Origin: Telmatocola sphagniphila
GTDB taxonomy: Bacteria > Planctomycetota > Planctomycetia > Gemmatales > Gemmataceae
Assembly: GCF_018398935.1 (NCBI RefSeq)
Contig: NZ_CP074694.1
Span: forward strand, 960,001 to 992,000
DNA length: 32,000 nt
Direction: 5' to 3'
Positions 1-8,838 of this stretch are shown one piece after another; within the stretch, counting starts at the first letter, position 1; every line of letters begins with the position of its first letter. Made by a program: the position numbers and the translations under genes. A model generated the notes under the pieces. It did not search any database. It was not told where the DNA came from and saw only the letters and a program-made list of their open reading frames with translations.

Positions 1-750
1 TTTGAATTCGGGATGCGCGAGACGATGAGCCACCTTCGCTTCTGCAAAATTCCAGATATTGATGGATCGATCGGCTGAACCGCTCAGGAGCCATTTGCCA
101 TCGGCGGACAACTCCGAGCAGAGCACCTGATCCCAGTGTCCCAAGGGATTGTTTTTTTCGTCGAAGGGCCGAAATTCGCGAATGAGTTTTCCATCCCCGG
201 CATCGAAAAGCTTCAGACTCTTGTCGAGTGAGGAACTCAAGAGTTGCCGGCCATCACTCGTCCAGCGAATCGAATAGATCGGGCTGGGCTTAGGCTGGTT
301 GTGTGCGTTAATGGTTCGTAAGGTCTGACCCTTTTCCACATTCCAAATTCGCAGTAGGCCATCGTGACAGCAAGTGGCCAACTGCTTACCTTCCGGATGC
401 CAGTTCGAAGCAAAAACTGTATTCGGATGGCCGAACGATTTGATAGCCGTTTGTTCGCTGCGCGTGGCCTTGACCGGATTCAGTTCCCAAATCTTCGCGG
501 AGTTATCCATGCTGGTGGTGGCGAAGAGACTGCCATCGGGAGAAAGACTGAGGCTCAGCAATCCCGCTTGGCGGCTGCCCGGCGTGCCAAAGGTCCGCAG
601 CTTTTCCCCGGTCTCGCGATTCCACTGCACGACAGTTCTGTCAAAACTCGAGGAAAACAGCCATTTTTCCCGAGGATGAAGCGCGAGCCCCGTCACATCC
701 TCAGCCTGGCCAGCAAGAGACTTTTTCACTTCGAGAGGGGGAAATTCCAT
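1..750 (-). CDS. WD40-repeat protein (partial; C-terminus lies beyond the left window edge)
   Basis: Absent from the ORF track because it has no stop in the window. Hand translation of the minus strand from ATG (750..748) stays open to position 1 (250 codons): MEFPPLEVKKSLAGQAEDVTGLALHPREKWLFSSSFDRTVVQWN...TSMDNSAKIWE...CHDGLLRIWN...SLDKSLKLFD...SADRSINIWN. The repeating ~40-aa units ending in WD-like dipeptides are WD40 blades. The start lies 4 nt after the stop of the upstream gene 754..1920. Confidence 0.8.
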   Translation of the reverse strand, partial: MEFPPLEVKKSLAGQAEDVTGLALHPREKWLFSSSFDRTVVQWNRETGEKLRTFGTPGSRQAGLLSLSLSPDGSLFATTSMDNSAKIWELNPVKATRSEQTAIKSFGHPNTVFASNWHPEGKQLATCCHDGLLRIWNVEKGQTLRTINAHNQPKPSPIYSIRWTSDGRQLLSSSLDKSLKLFDAGDGKLIREFRPFDEKNNPLGHWDQVLCSELSADGKWLLSGSADRSINIWNFAEAKVAHRLAHPEFK

Positions 751-753
751 GGC

Positions 754-1920
754 TCAATTATACTCCAGGGCCAGGATGGTGAAATCGTCCGGATGCCGGG
801 AAACCTCCAGCAGATCGCGAGCCACCTGGTCGACGAACTGCTGCAAAGGTAATGCGCGGTGTTTCCGAGTCGATTCAAGCAGGCGGTCATTCGAACTACC
901 ACTTCCACCTGCGTTCGGTGGATTGATACCGTCGGTCGTAATCACCAGTTTGTCCCCGGGCTTCAATGTTTTTTCATGCTCCGGATAGTCGGATTCAAAA
1001 ATTCCCAGCAGCGAACCGGCGGAGTACCAGTACTCTACCTCACCTTCGGCGGGAACCAGCAAGGGATGAGGGTGGGCTGCTCGGGAGAAACGAAGCGTAC
1101 CGTTTTTGGTATCGAGGATGCCATAAATCATCGTCACGAACGGCGGTTCGGGCATCGCCAGGGCGACCAGATCGTGATTCAGCCGATTCAAAACTTCGGC
1201 GGGCGGCACCAGACGGTAACCTTCTTTGCCAATCTCCTTCAGGTAGAGTGCCCGCTTGACGAAGATACTCAACAAACTGCTGGCCGGTAGTCCCCGGCCC
1301 ATGGCGTCGGCCACGTAGAAGCCGATATGGTTTTCATCGAGACGGAGTACGTCGTAAAAATCGCCGCCGATTCGACTGCGGGGCCGATAGCAGACTGCGA
1401 AACGCGTGCCATCGACTTCCGGCAAGGTTTTGGGCAGGAAGCCGCGGTGAATGCGGCGAGTCAGTTCGAGATCGTTGTCGATCTGCTGATAAGCCTGCTG
1501 CAAGCGAAGGTTAATCTGATTCGATTCGTTGGCGCGAAATAGCAGGCGATCGTGGATATGCTGGGCCCGCAGGAGAGCTTTGACTTGAGCGAGGAGAAAA
1601 TCGATTGGGACATTTCGGGATAGGCAAATATCAGCGCCCGATTCCAACGCGAGAGAATTCAGCTGACTCGACTCCTGCAACCAGATAATGGGAACATATT
1701 GATCCCCAAGTTCCAGCCTCCAGCGCCGGCACAGAGCCAAAGCCTGAGGAGAGTTCCCTTCGCTCGGAAAAAGAACGATGATTTGGGATTGCGTGACATT
1801 CGAAATATTCGACCCCGACAGTGGCTGCGCGATGACCGGAAAATTCTGGGACTGAAATAATTTCAGAATCTCCGGGGGGATTGGGTCGCCTACCAGCAAA
1901 ATTCTCGGGATTGCATTCAT
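754..1920 (-). CDS. PP2C/SpoIIE-family serine phosphatase with N-terminal receiver-like (pseudo-receiver) domain
   Basis: 388-aa ORF. The C-terminal half carries PP2C/SpoIIE hallmarks (GGDFYDV, ADAMGRGLPASSL, LVITTDGI). The N-terminal ~120 aa has CheY-like beta/alpha alternation (RILLVGD, IIVLFPS, PIIWLQ, GADICLSRN), but I cannot find the phospho-acceptor Asp after beta3. Confidence 0.8.
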   Translation of the reverse strand: MNAIPRILLVGDPIPPEILKLFQSQNFPVIAQPLSGSNISNVTQSQIIVLFPSEGNSPQALALCRRWRLELGDQYVPIIWLQESSQLNSLALESGADICLSRNVPIDFLLAQVKALLRAQHIHDRLLFRANESNQINLRLQQAYQQIDNDLELTRRIHRGFLPKTLPEVDGTRFAVCYRPRSRIGGDFYDVLRLDENHIGFYVADAMGRGLPASSLLSIFVKRALYLKEIGKEGYRLVPPAEVLNRLNHDLVALAMPEPPFVTMIYGILDTKNGTLRFSRAAHPHPLLVPAEGEVEYWYSAGSLLGIFESDYPEHEKTLKPGDKLVITTDGINPPNAGGSGSSNDRLLESTRKHRALPLQQFVDQVARDLLEVSRHPDDFTILALEYN

Positions 1921-2072
1921 CGATTCTTTCCTTGTCCCTCAATCTCGTTAGCTATTTTAGCCCGACTTGCCGGTGAAACGATGCGTATTTTTAAGAAGTG
2001 CTTGCAGTGATGTGGCTTCAGTTGCATAATCTAAGCATAATTGAGGTCAGATCGAATCTGCGGGAGGTTAGC

Positions 2073-2474
2073 ATGCCGGTTGAAATGCAACTTCGGCGAA
2101 TAATTATCAGCGAAATTCACGATAGCCACGTGGTAGTTCTTCAGGAGTTGAACGGCGAGAGGAGCTTTCTCATCCAGATCGGCATCTTCGAAGCGACCAG
2201 TATCGATAATCGCGTCAAAAAGAAAGAATCGCCGCGCCCCCTGACTCACGATCTCATCGTCGGCATCATCGATCAGATGGGCGGTGAACTGGATAGTATC
2301 ATCATCAGCGATCTTCGCGAACATACTTACTATGCCAAACTCCGCGTCCGCAAAGAAGGCGAGATACTGGAAGTCGACTGCCGACCCAGTGATGCCATCG
2401 CCATCGCTCTAACGGCGGACGTACCGATCTACGTCGAAGAGGATGTTCTGGAAGCCTGTGAAGAGGCTCTCTAG
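2073..2474 (+). CDS. bifunctional nuclease family protein (DUF151)
   Basis: ATG at 2073 is preceded by GGGAGG (2062..2067). The track start at 1998 adds 25 residues that look non-conserved. [17 protein letters not shown]...SPRPLTHDL...[11 protein letters not shown] fits my memory of the DUF151/BFN family pattern. Confidence 0.75.
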   Translation: MPVEMQLRRIIISEIHDSHVVVLQELNGERSFLIQIGIFEATSIDNRVKKKESPRPLTHDLIVGIIDQMGGELDSIIISDLREHTYYAKLRVRKEGEILEVDCRPSDAIAIALTADVPIYVEEDVLEACEEAL

Positions 2475-4555
2475 GTCTGACTTTCCAGTCTCGTTCGAAT
2501 CGCTTCGACGCCGTTGACCGGTAACTCGCAGGCATAGTTCTGACAAAGAAATAATGCCATTTCGCCCACTTCTGTTGATTTTCCTTCCACGAACTTGCTG
2601 AGTATTGCCGATTCCGCTTCCGAGTTATCGCGTAGCCGAATTTCCGCACGCGGCTCAAATCGCCGTTGAACCAACTGTCCTAGCGATTCGAACTGAGGAT
2701 CTTTCTTGTCGCCCAGTAGCACGATTTCCTTTTGCGGCCCCAGCAGATAATCGGCCGCTATCAGTAACTGTCCAGAACCCGAAGGGGATTCCATGATCTG
2801 AGTACGGTACGAACTCAATGTCGCACGAGCTTTCGCCTGATAATCGAAACGATCCAATAAGTGAGCTAATCGGAGCAGTACCATCACGGCCACGGAATTC
2901 CCGGCCGGTGTAGAACCATCGTGCATCTCTTTGGTTCGGGTGATGAGGTCTGATTTGTTTTCGCGCGTGTAGAAGAATCCTTTGCCTTTTTCGTCCCAGA
3001 ACAAGTCGATCATTTTCTCAATGAGTGTTTGAGCACTAGCAAGATATTTCGTGTTTTGCGTGGCCTGATAGAGATCGACGAGGCCGGCCGCCAGAAATGT
3101 GTAATCCTCCAAATAAGCATCGATTTTCGGCGGCGAATTGTCCGCGCAGGATCGAAATAGCAGTCCCTCGGAGGAGCGAATAGACCAGAGATAATTGGCC
3201 GCTTTCTCCGCCGCGGCGGAATATTCAAGATCCCCCAGTATCGCGCCCGCTTTCGCGAACGCCGTGATCATGAGGCCATTCCAGGCCGTGAGGATCTTCT
3301 CGTCCCGGCCCGGCCAGACGCGTTTAGATCGCACTTCGTAGAGCTTCTGCCGGCACGCGTGGATTTTTTCCCGGAGTTGTGCAACCGGCAATCCATTCAA
3401 CTTGGCAGATTGTTCCCACGTGCGATTGCGGTTCGGGATATTGTGACCTTCGAAGTTCCCGCCGGGAGAAATATCGTAGACGTCCGCAAAGATTCGCGCA
3501 TCGTCCGGCCCGAGAATATTTTCGATTTCCGCCAGCGACCAGACGTAGAACTTTCCTTCTTCCCCTTCGCTATCGGCGTCCTGTGTACTGTAGAAGCCGC
3601 CCTGAGGGCTGGTCATTTCGCGCAGTGTATAATCGAGTGTTTCTTGTACGACTTCCCGGTAAAAATCGTTACCCGTCACCTGCAAGGCTTCCAGATAGGT
3701 CGGAACGAGCAGGGCATTATCGTACAGCATCTTTTCAAAATGAGGCACCAGCCAACGGGCATCGACACTGTAGCGATGAAAGCCACCCCCGACTTGATCG
3801 TAAATTCCGCCTAGGGCCATCTTCTCGAGCGTCAGATTCACGGCGTCGAGATAGCTTGCTTCTCGGAATCTGTCGTAACCGCGAAGCAATAGACGTAGCT
3901 CGAAGGTATGCGGAAATTTCGGTGCGCGGCCGAATCCGCCGTTGGTTCGATCGATCCCTCGAGCCAGTGCATCGCAGATACTTTTCAGATTCTCGACCGT
4001 CAACTCTTCGCTTTTCGCGTCCGGTTCCGGCCCCAACTGCTTCAAAAATTCCACTACCTGCCCCGCCCGCTCGGCGATCTCGGCCCGCCGCATTCGCCAG
4101 GCTTCTACCAGAGCAGCGAGAATGGCGGGGAAACTCGGACGATGGGGGGCATACCGATTATCGGGCGGAAAGTAAGTTCCCGCGTAGAACGGATGTAAAT
4201 CGGGAGTCAACCAGATTGAGAGCGGCCAGCCACCCCCCTCGCGAGTCATGGCCTGCAACGCCGACATATAGATCGTGTCCAGGTCGGGGCGTTCTTCGCG
4301 ATCGACCTTGATGCAGACGAAGTGGGTATTCAGATAGGCGGCGGTTGTCGGGTCCTCGAAGCTCTCGTGCTCCATCACATGGCACCAGTGACAGGCCGAG
4401 TAGCCGATGCTTAAAAAGATCGGCTTATCTTCTGAACGAGCTTTTTGAAGGGCTTCTTCACCCCAGGGATACCAGTCCACTGGATTCTGGGCATGCTGTC
4501 GTAGATAAAGCGAGGATTCGCTGAGGAGTCGATTAGGTTGGCTTGCGTTGGACAT
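2471..4555 (-). CDS. thioredoxin-domain protein, DUF255 / YyaL (SPATA20-like) family
   Basis: The N-terminus has the DUF255 signature ([29 protein letters not shown]...[18 protein letters not shown]). A long region typical of the YyaL family (N-acylglucosamine-2-epimerase-like) follows. I prefer ATG 4555 ([10 protein letters not shown]) by comparison with family N-termini. The longest-ORF alternative start is 4600. Confidence 0.85.
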   Translation of the reverse strand: MSNASQPNRLLSESSLYLRQHAQNPVDWYPWGEEALQKARSEDKPIFLSIGYSACHWCHVMEHESFEDPTTAAYLNTHFVCIKVDREERPDLDTIYMSALQAMTREGGGWPLSIWLTPDLHPFYAGTYFPPDNRYAPHRPSFPAILAALVEAWRMRRAEIAERAGQVVEFLKQLGPEPDAKSEELTVENLKSICDALARGIDRTNGGFGRAPKFPHTFELRLLLRGYDRFREASYLDAVNLTLEKMALGGIYDQVGGGFHRYSVDARWLVPHFEKMLYDNALLVPTYLEALQVTGNDFYREVVQETLDYTLREMTSPQGGFYSTQDADSEGEEGKFYVWSLAEIENILGPDDARIFADVYDISPGGNFEGHNIPNRNRTWEQSAKLNGLPVAQLREKIHACRQKLYEVRSKRVWPGRDEKILTAWNGLMITAFAKAGAILGDLEYSAAAEKAANYLWSIRSSEGLLFRSCADNSPPKIDAYLEDYTFLAAGLVDLYQATQNTKYLASAQTLIEKMIDLFWDEKGKGFFYTRENKSDLITRTKEMHDGSTPAGNSVAVMVLLRLAHLLDRFDYQAKARATLSSYRTQIMESPSGSGQLLIAADYLLGPQKEIVLLGDKKDPQFESLGQLVQRRFEPRAEIRLRDNSEAESAILSKFVEGKSTEVGEMALFLCQNYACELPVNGVEAIRTRLESQT

Positions 4556-4631
4556 ATGGCTACCCGAGCAGAAAAGATCCTTTCCACTCATGGTAGCCAC
4601 TTGGCTGGAACTGCATGTCGATGAAATGCGA

Positions 4632-5636
4632 TTATTTCGCTTTCACAGTGCCTTCAATGCTGATCGTGATCTTATCGTTGGTGTCGGTTTTCAGAGTGAT
4701 ATCTTTCTTGATCACACCGGCCGCCGTCGGCTGGAATTGAAGTTCAATAACCTGCATGCGATTGGGGAAAGGCTGGACCTTGGCGGTGATCCCTTCTTCG
4801 CTGAAACTTTCCAGTTTGAAGTTCTTATTCCCGGAAATAATCACCCGCTTGCTGGCGACCTGTCCGACTTCCAACTCATCGAACTTGACGATCTTCGGAG
4901 AGACTTCAAAAGGAGCCAGGACCTGACCGCTGACATTGATCGTTACAAAAGGATTGCTTTGATCCGTCGTTTTCAGAACGATTTGTTCCTGAATGACTCC
5001 GGCGGGGACATCGCCCTTAACCCCCGCAGTCACGCGATAGGAGGGCTTGCGGCCGGAGGTGGAAATCGGTTCGATTTTCACATCGAGAATTTTGTCGTTG
5101 GCTTCTCCCGAAATGACTTCCCACTTGGCTTGGCCGCTGTAGACCACGTCGAGCGTTCGGGTGAGCTTCTGACCGACAGCCACCTGTCCGAAATCGATCT
5201 GGCCCGGGGTGAGCATGATGTCGGCCCGGCTGAAGGCTTTTAATTGTAGCAGGGCAGTGGAGCGGAAATTGCTTCCATCTCCCAGCTTGACCTGAACCGT
5301 TACGGACTTCGCGCCGGAGAAACGGCTGGCGTCCATGGTCAGATCCAGATAGCCCGTTTCGGTCGGTTGGAACTGAGGGGACCAGGCCACCGGTTCGACG
5401 CAGCCGCATTCGACGGTGGGCCGTTCCAGAATGTGCAGGGGAACTTTGTAAATGTTGGTGACTTTGAAGCGATACTTCAATTTGGTCCCGTGCGGAACCG
5501 TTCCGAAATCGTGAACGACAATCGCAGGGGTATCTTCCAGAACGAAGAGTTTGTTCGCCCAGGGCACGAATTCTTGTGCGGACGAAATCGAACTGGAAGC
5601 GACAAATATCAGGATGGTGAACAGAAGTCGTTTCAT
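4632..5636 (-). CDS. secreted DUF1573 repeat protein (Ig-like modules)
   Basis: Signal peptide [22 protein letters not shown]. Repeated modules show the DUF1573 pattern ([56 protein letters not shown]). Confidence 0.8.
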   Translation of the reverse strand: MKRLLFTILIFVASSSISSAQEFVPWANKLFVLEDTPAIVVHDFGTVPHGTKLKYRFKVTNIYKVPLHILERPTVECGCVEPVAWSPQFQPTETGYLDLTMDASRFSGAKSVTVQVKLGDGSNFRSTALLQLKAFSRADIMLTPGQIDFGQVAVGQKLTRTLDVVYSGQAKWEVISGEANDKILDVKIEPISTSGRKPSYRVTAGVKGDVPAGVIQEQIVLKTTDQSNPFVTINVSGQVLAPFEVSPKIVKFDELEVGQVASKRVIISGNKNFKLESFSEEGITAKVQPFPNRMQVIELQFQPTAAGVIKKDITLKTDTNDKITISIEGTVKAK

Positions 5637-5790
5637 GGATGCCTCGAGGCCGGTCCTTGGCCAGTTTCCCTACGTGATGAGAATCGTAACCGATCCTGCA
5701 ACGCGGTGAAAGAGGGACTTTGCGTCCCTTATTGAGGTTTTATCGGAGAGTCAGAGCCACTTTCTCTACTCCCATCCATCCTACCCGACT

Positions 5791-6645
5791 TTACTTCCTG
5801 GCCGTTTCCGCCCATTTATTCCGGATAAACTGAATTCCCTGCGTATATACCTCACTGGGACTGGGGAAGAGATCCCGCCAAACGCGCGTTGCAGCCGCTA
5901 AATCCGGTAAAGCTCGCCCAAAGGCCTCAATTACAAACCAGCCATCGTAGCCGACTTCCCGCAAGGCTTTGAAGGCGGTATCCCAGTGGACCTGGCCAGT
6001 ACCGGGGGTGCCGCGGTCGTTTTCGGATATGTGAACGTGGCCCATAACGTCCGCCACGGTTTTGATCGCACTTCCCTGATTTTTTTCCTCGATATGGGCG
6101 TGGAAGGTGTCGTACATCGTCTTGAAATTGGGATGATCGACGGATTTCACGAGGGCTCGGGCATCCTTGGCCGTGGTCAGAAAATAACACTCGAACCGGT
6201 TCAAATATTCGATGCACAGGGTCACCTTGTGCTGCTGGGCGAACTCCGCGGCCGGTCGAAGCACTTCCGCGGCTCGCTTCTTTTCATCCTCGGTAGGACC
6301 GGATCCGGTGAACACGGCCAGTGGCGAGTGAAACGGACCGCACATGCTGCCGCTTCCCAGAATGCCGTTCATTTCGATCGCCCATTTCAGCCGCTCGCCG
6401 GAAGCCTGGCGGATCGCCGCATCGGGGCTGATGGCACTGGTTTTCTCATCGAGAACGGTCACAGTCGTGCACTCGAGACCTTCCTGATCGAGTTGCTTGC
6501 GAAGTTTCTTATAGTGGGCCGCATCGCCGCCAAAGAGCGGAATTTCGACCCCATCGTATCCGGTCTTTTTCAGTTCGGCCAAAAGCGGAAAATGGCTTTC
6601 ATCGATAAATCCATTCCAAAGCAGGAGATTCATGCCGATTTTCAT
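5791..6645 (-). CDS. sugar phosphate isomerase/epimerase (xylose-isomerase-like TIM barrel)
   Basis: MKIGMNLLLWNG...GYDGVEIPLF...LCIEYLNRFE...FHAHIEE...VHISENDRG...GWFVIEAF is typical of the AP_endonuc_2 / ketose 3-epimerase-like family. ATG at 6645 has GGAG 8-11 nt upstream. The track start at 6729 adds 28 unlikely residues. Confidence 0.85.
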   Translation of the reverse strand: MKIGMNLLLWNGFIDESHFPLLAELKKTGYDGVEIPLFGGDAAHYKKLRKQLDQEGLECTTVTVLDEKTSAISPDAAIRQASGERLKWAIEMNGILGSGSMCGPFHSPLAVFTGSGPTEDEKKRAAEVLRPAAEFAQQHKVTLCIEYLNRFECYFLTTAKDARALVKSVDHPNFKTMYDTFHAHIEEKNQGSAIKTVADVMGHVHISENDRGTPGTGQVHWDTAFKALREVGYDGWFVIEAFGRALPDLAAATRVWRDLFPSPSEVYTQGIQFIRNKWAETARK

Positions 6646-6746
6646 GGAGAGACTCCGGTAGGTGAGTGTCTGATAATTCGTATTGTGATTGATAGCGAGA
6701 GTACTCTGCGATGTCTTCCCGGCCGACAACTTTCAGGGAGTGAAAA

Positions 6747-7007
6747 ATGCCCCGAACCATCGATGAAGAAGAATTCGAGGACGATTACGAATCGGAGGAT
6801 TGGCACTACGAAGTGGAGGATTCGATGGCGACCACCCTGTGCAAATATTGCCAGGAAGAAATTCCGGAAGATACGCCTCGATGTCCGTATTGCGCTACCT
6901 ACTTGTCCGAGGAAGACCATCCCGTATCCCATACACCCAACTGGGTGAAGGCTACGGCGATAATCCTCCTGCTGCTGACCTTAGTCGGCTTCCTTTACGG
7001 TTTCTAA
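6747..7007 (+). CDS. small zinc-ribbon protein with acidic N-terminus and C-terminal transmembrane helix
   Basis: ATG 6747 is preceded by AGGGAG (6735..6740). Two CxxC pairs are present (CKYC ... CPYC), followed by the hydrophobic tail ATAIILLLLTLVGFLYGF. No family name recognised. Confidence 0.6.
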   Translation: MPRTIDEEEFEDDYESEDWHYEVEDSMATTLCKYCQEEIPEDTPRCPYCATYLSEEDHPVSHTPNWVKATAIILLLLTLVGFLYGF

Positions 7008-7078
7008 AGAAAGAGAGGATGGCTTCTGCACTCATCCTCCGAATCCGAAATGGCCGAGTTTCTGAATTTTGAACCCAC

Positions 7079-8206
7079 TTAAGAGTTCGCCGCGTCGGGC
7101 CTCTTCACGCCGCCCAGATAATGAGTGTCGTCGAAGTAAGTGTTGCGATCGCGAATGATCGCTTGCGGGAGGAGCGTTTCAGTCTGCGTGGAAAGGCCCG
7201 GCATCTTCTTAATGGCCGTCCCGATGGCCATGACTTCCAAGAAGCTGCTGCCAATCTCGTAAATGTAAACTTTCACCCCGATTACCGCGTCAGCTCCGAT
7301 CTCGTTGGCTTCCTTATCAATGTGCGACAGGCAATTGGCTCGGGCTTCGTAAATCAATTGGGTAATATCGTGAACTTCGCCGCGCGATAGCCCCTTGAAG
7401 AATGCTCCCAGACCGCGAGCCAGACCGAGTGAATAAACCGATGTTCCCAGCAAAAGCCGCAGCGGAGCATATCCCATCTTGGTGAGATTCCACAACTCTT
7501 CCCCGGTTAATTCCGAAGTCACAGGTCGGAGGGGATTGCCGAGCGCCGGATGATAGGAAGCGGAGCCGACCATCAACATTTCTTTCGCACCAACGCCGAT
7601 GGGGAGGATGTGCGTTTGGATATCCACCACTGCGTTGGCTCCGCGTTCTTTGGCCTCTTTCTCGATTCGTTCCAGTGCCAGGTGTCGCGTGTGATTGTAC
7701 ATTTCGGAGAACTGCTTCACTTCGCCGCCGGCAAATCCCTTGATCGTTCCCAGAACTCCTCGCCCCATACCCAAGGCATAAGCGACGTTGCCCATGACAA
7801 AATGCCGGGGTTCATAACCGGCATCGACCTGGCAATAAAAATCCTGCCCCGTGCAGGCGGTGGTGAAGAATTCGCCCTGATGGTCCAATCCTTTAATGGA
7901 TGTGCCGATAGCAATAAATTCCTTGAGGCCGCTGAACTGCTTGAGATCAGATGTGACTCCCGTCACGCCATGAGCTCCATGTTCCTGGGCCTCCTTTTCC
8001 AGTCGGTTGATCGCGGCGTGCCGACCTTCCGTGATCAGCTTGGTCAGGTTCTCGATTTCGCCGCCGGAAAGAGTTTTGAAACTGCTGGATATCCCGCCGA
8101 CAAAGCCGAGCGACTGAACGCTGTTGCCAACTACGATACTGCCGGGAGCCCATCCCTTTTGAGCGAGGCAGTAAATTTCGTTGCCCGAAAAACCGCTGAT
8201 AATCAT
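7079..8206 (-). CDS. three tandem YbjQ/UPF0145 (putative heavy-metal-binding) domains in one polypeptide
   Basis: The 375-aa ORF splits into three ~120-aa units. Each shows the YbjQ pattern G-x-E/D...G...GG-E-(x)n-R-x-A-(x)n-E-A-x-x-x-GA-x-AV...GT-A/S-IK. The units are SGNEIY...EAQEHGAHGVTGV...AIGTSIK, TGQDFY...EAKERGANAVVDI...MVGSASY and TGEELW...EANEIGADAVIGV...AIGTAIKK. Confidence 0.75.
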   Translation of the reverse strand: MIISGFSGNEIYCLAQKGWAPGSIVVGNSVQSLGFVGGISSSFKTLSGGEIENLTKLITEGRHAAINRLEKEAQEHGAHGVTGVTSDLKQFSGLKEFIAIGTSIKGLDHQGEFFTTACTGQDFYCQVDAGYEPRHFVMGNVAYALGMGRGVLGTIKGFAGGEVKQFSEMYNHTRHLALERIEKEAKERGANAVVDIQTHILPIGVGAKEMLMVGSASYHPALGNPLRPVTSELTGEELWNLTKMGYAPLRLLLGTSVYSLGLARGLGAFFKGLSRGEVHDITQLIYEARANCLSHIDKEANEIGADAVIGVKVYIYEIGSSFLEVMAIGTAIKKMPGLSTQTETLLPQAIIRDRNTYFDDTHYLGGVKRPDAANS

Positions 8207-8439
8207 GGAGAGTCTCTCTTTGGTTGAAACGCGAATCCCGCTTTGAAATTAATGAGAAAGCATGGTAATTAGCCAAACTTGTGAAAGCAAGCGGGGAATT
8301 GCGGAGTCTGTACTTTCAGTGTAAAACGAAGAAGTAAAGAATAAGGAGACTGATCACGAAAGCTTATGAAGCGAAATTCTCCCGGTGCGGGCACTATCGT
8401 TACGCCCTTTGGCGGCGCTGGTCTGCTGGCTCAAATCTG

Positions 8440-8838
8440 TTGTTCGTGATGCTGAATCCATCGCTGGCCGATGAGACTGTCGACGATCCAACCGTTCGTC
8501 GCTGCATCGGGTTCGCCCGAACTTGGGGGTTTGGTTCCCTCTCGGTGGCCAACCTCTTTGCGTTTCGGACGCCGCACCCGAGCATTCTGAAAACCCATCC
8601 GCAACCGGTGGGCCGGTTCAACGACCGATGGCTGATGGAACTTCAGCAAAGAGCGGATCTCGTGGTGGCCGCCTGGGGAAATCATGGGGTCCATCAAGGC
8701 CGAGCCGAGAAAGTTCGGTCACTTCTTAAAGCTCCCTGCATCCTGGGGCTCACGAAATTGGGCCAACCGATGCATCCCTTATACGCCCCAGGGAAAACTC
8801 CCTGGATTCTCTGGGAAGATCAACAAAACCGCATCTAA
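8440..8838 (+). CDS. DUF1643 domain protein (listed start is TTG; conserved sequence continues upstream to ~8341 without a canonical start codon)
   Basis: MLNPSLADETVDDPTVRRCIGFARTWGFGSLSVANLFAFR...AAWGNHG...LGLTKLGQPMHPLY is the DUF1643 pattern. The same frame is open upstream to the TAA at 8335..8337 and encodes AYEAKFSRCGHYRYALWRRW, which is the family N-terminal motif. See the finding on this gene. Confidence 0.75.
   Translation: MFVMLNPSLADETVDDPTVRRCIGFARTWGFGSLSVANLFAFRTPHPSILKTHPQPVGRFNDRWLMELQQRADLVVAAWGNHGVHQGRAEKVRSLLKAPCILGLTKLGQPMHPLYAPGKTPWILWEDQQNRI

Noticed and set aside
364-988. Plus-strand ORFs 364..852, 374..679 and 749..988
   Set aside because: They are antisense to the WD40 and PP2C genes and have no supporting motifs.
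3379-4311. 310-aa plus-strand ORF (and neighbours 3359..3814, 3908..4198)
   Set aside because: It is an Arg/Pro/Ser-rich antisense frame of the YyaL-like gene, which has clear family signatures on the minus strand.
5713-5729. AGGGAC-tttgc-GTCCCT hairpin downstream of the isomerase gene
   Set aside because: The stem is only 6 bp and the trailing sequence on the minus strand (CTTTCACC) is a poor U-tract. It is a possible but unsupported terminator.
5986-6948. 320-aa plus-strand ORF
   Set aside because: It is antisense to the sugar-phosphate isomerase and runs across the intergenic region and the zinc-ribbon gene in another frame. It is rich in Gly/Arg/Leu, typical of a shadow frame.
7015-7039. 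GAGGATG-(11 nt)-CATCCTC hairpin between the convergent zinc-ribbon and YbjQ genes, considered as a terminator
   Set aside because: It has a large loop, a modest stem and no T-tract on either strand. This is too weak to call.
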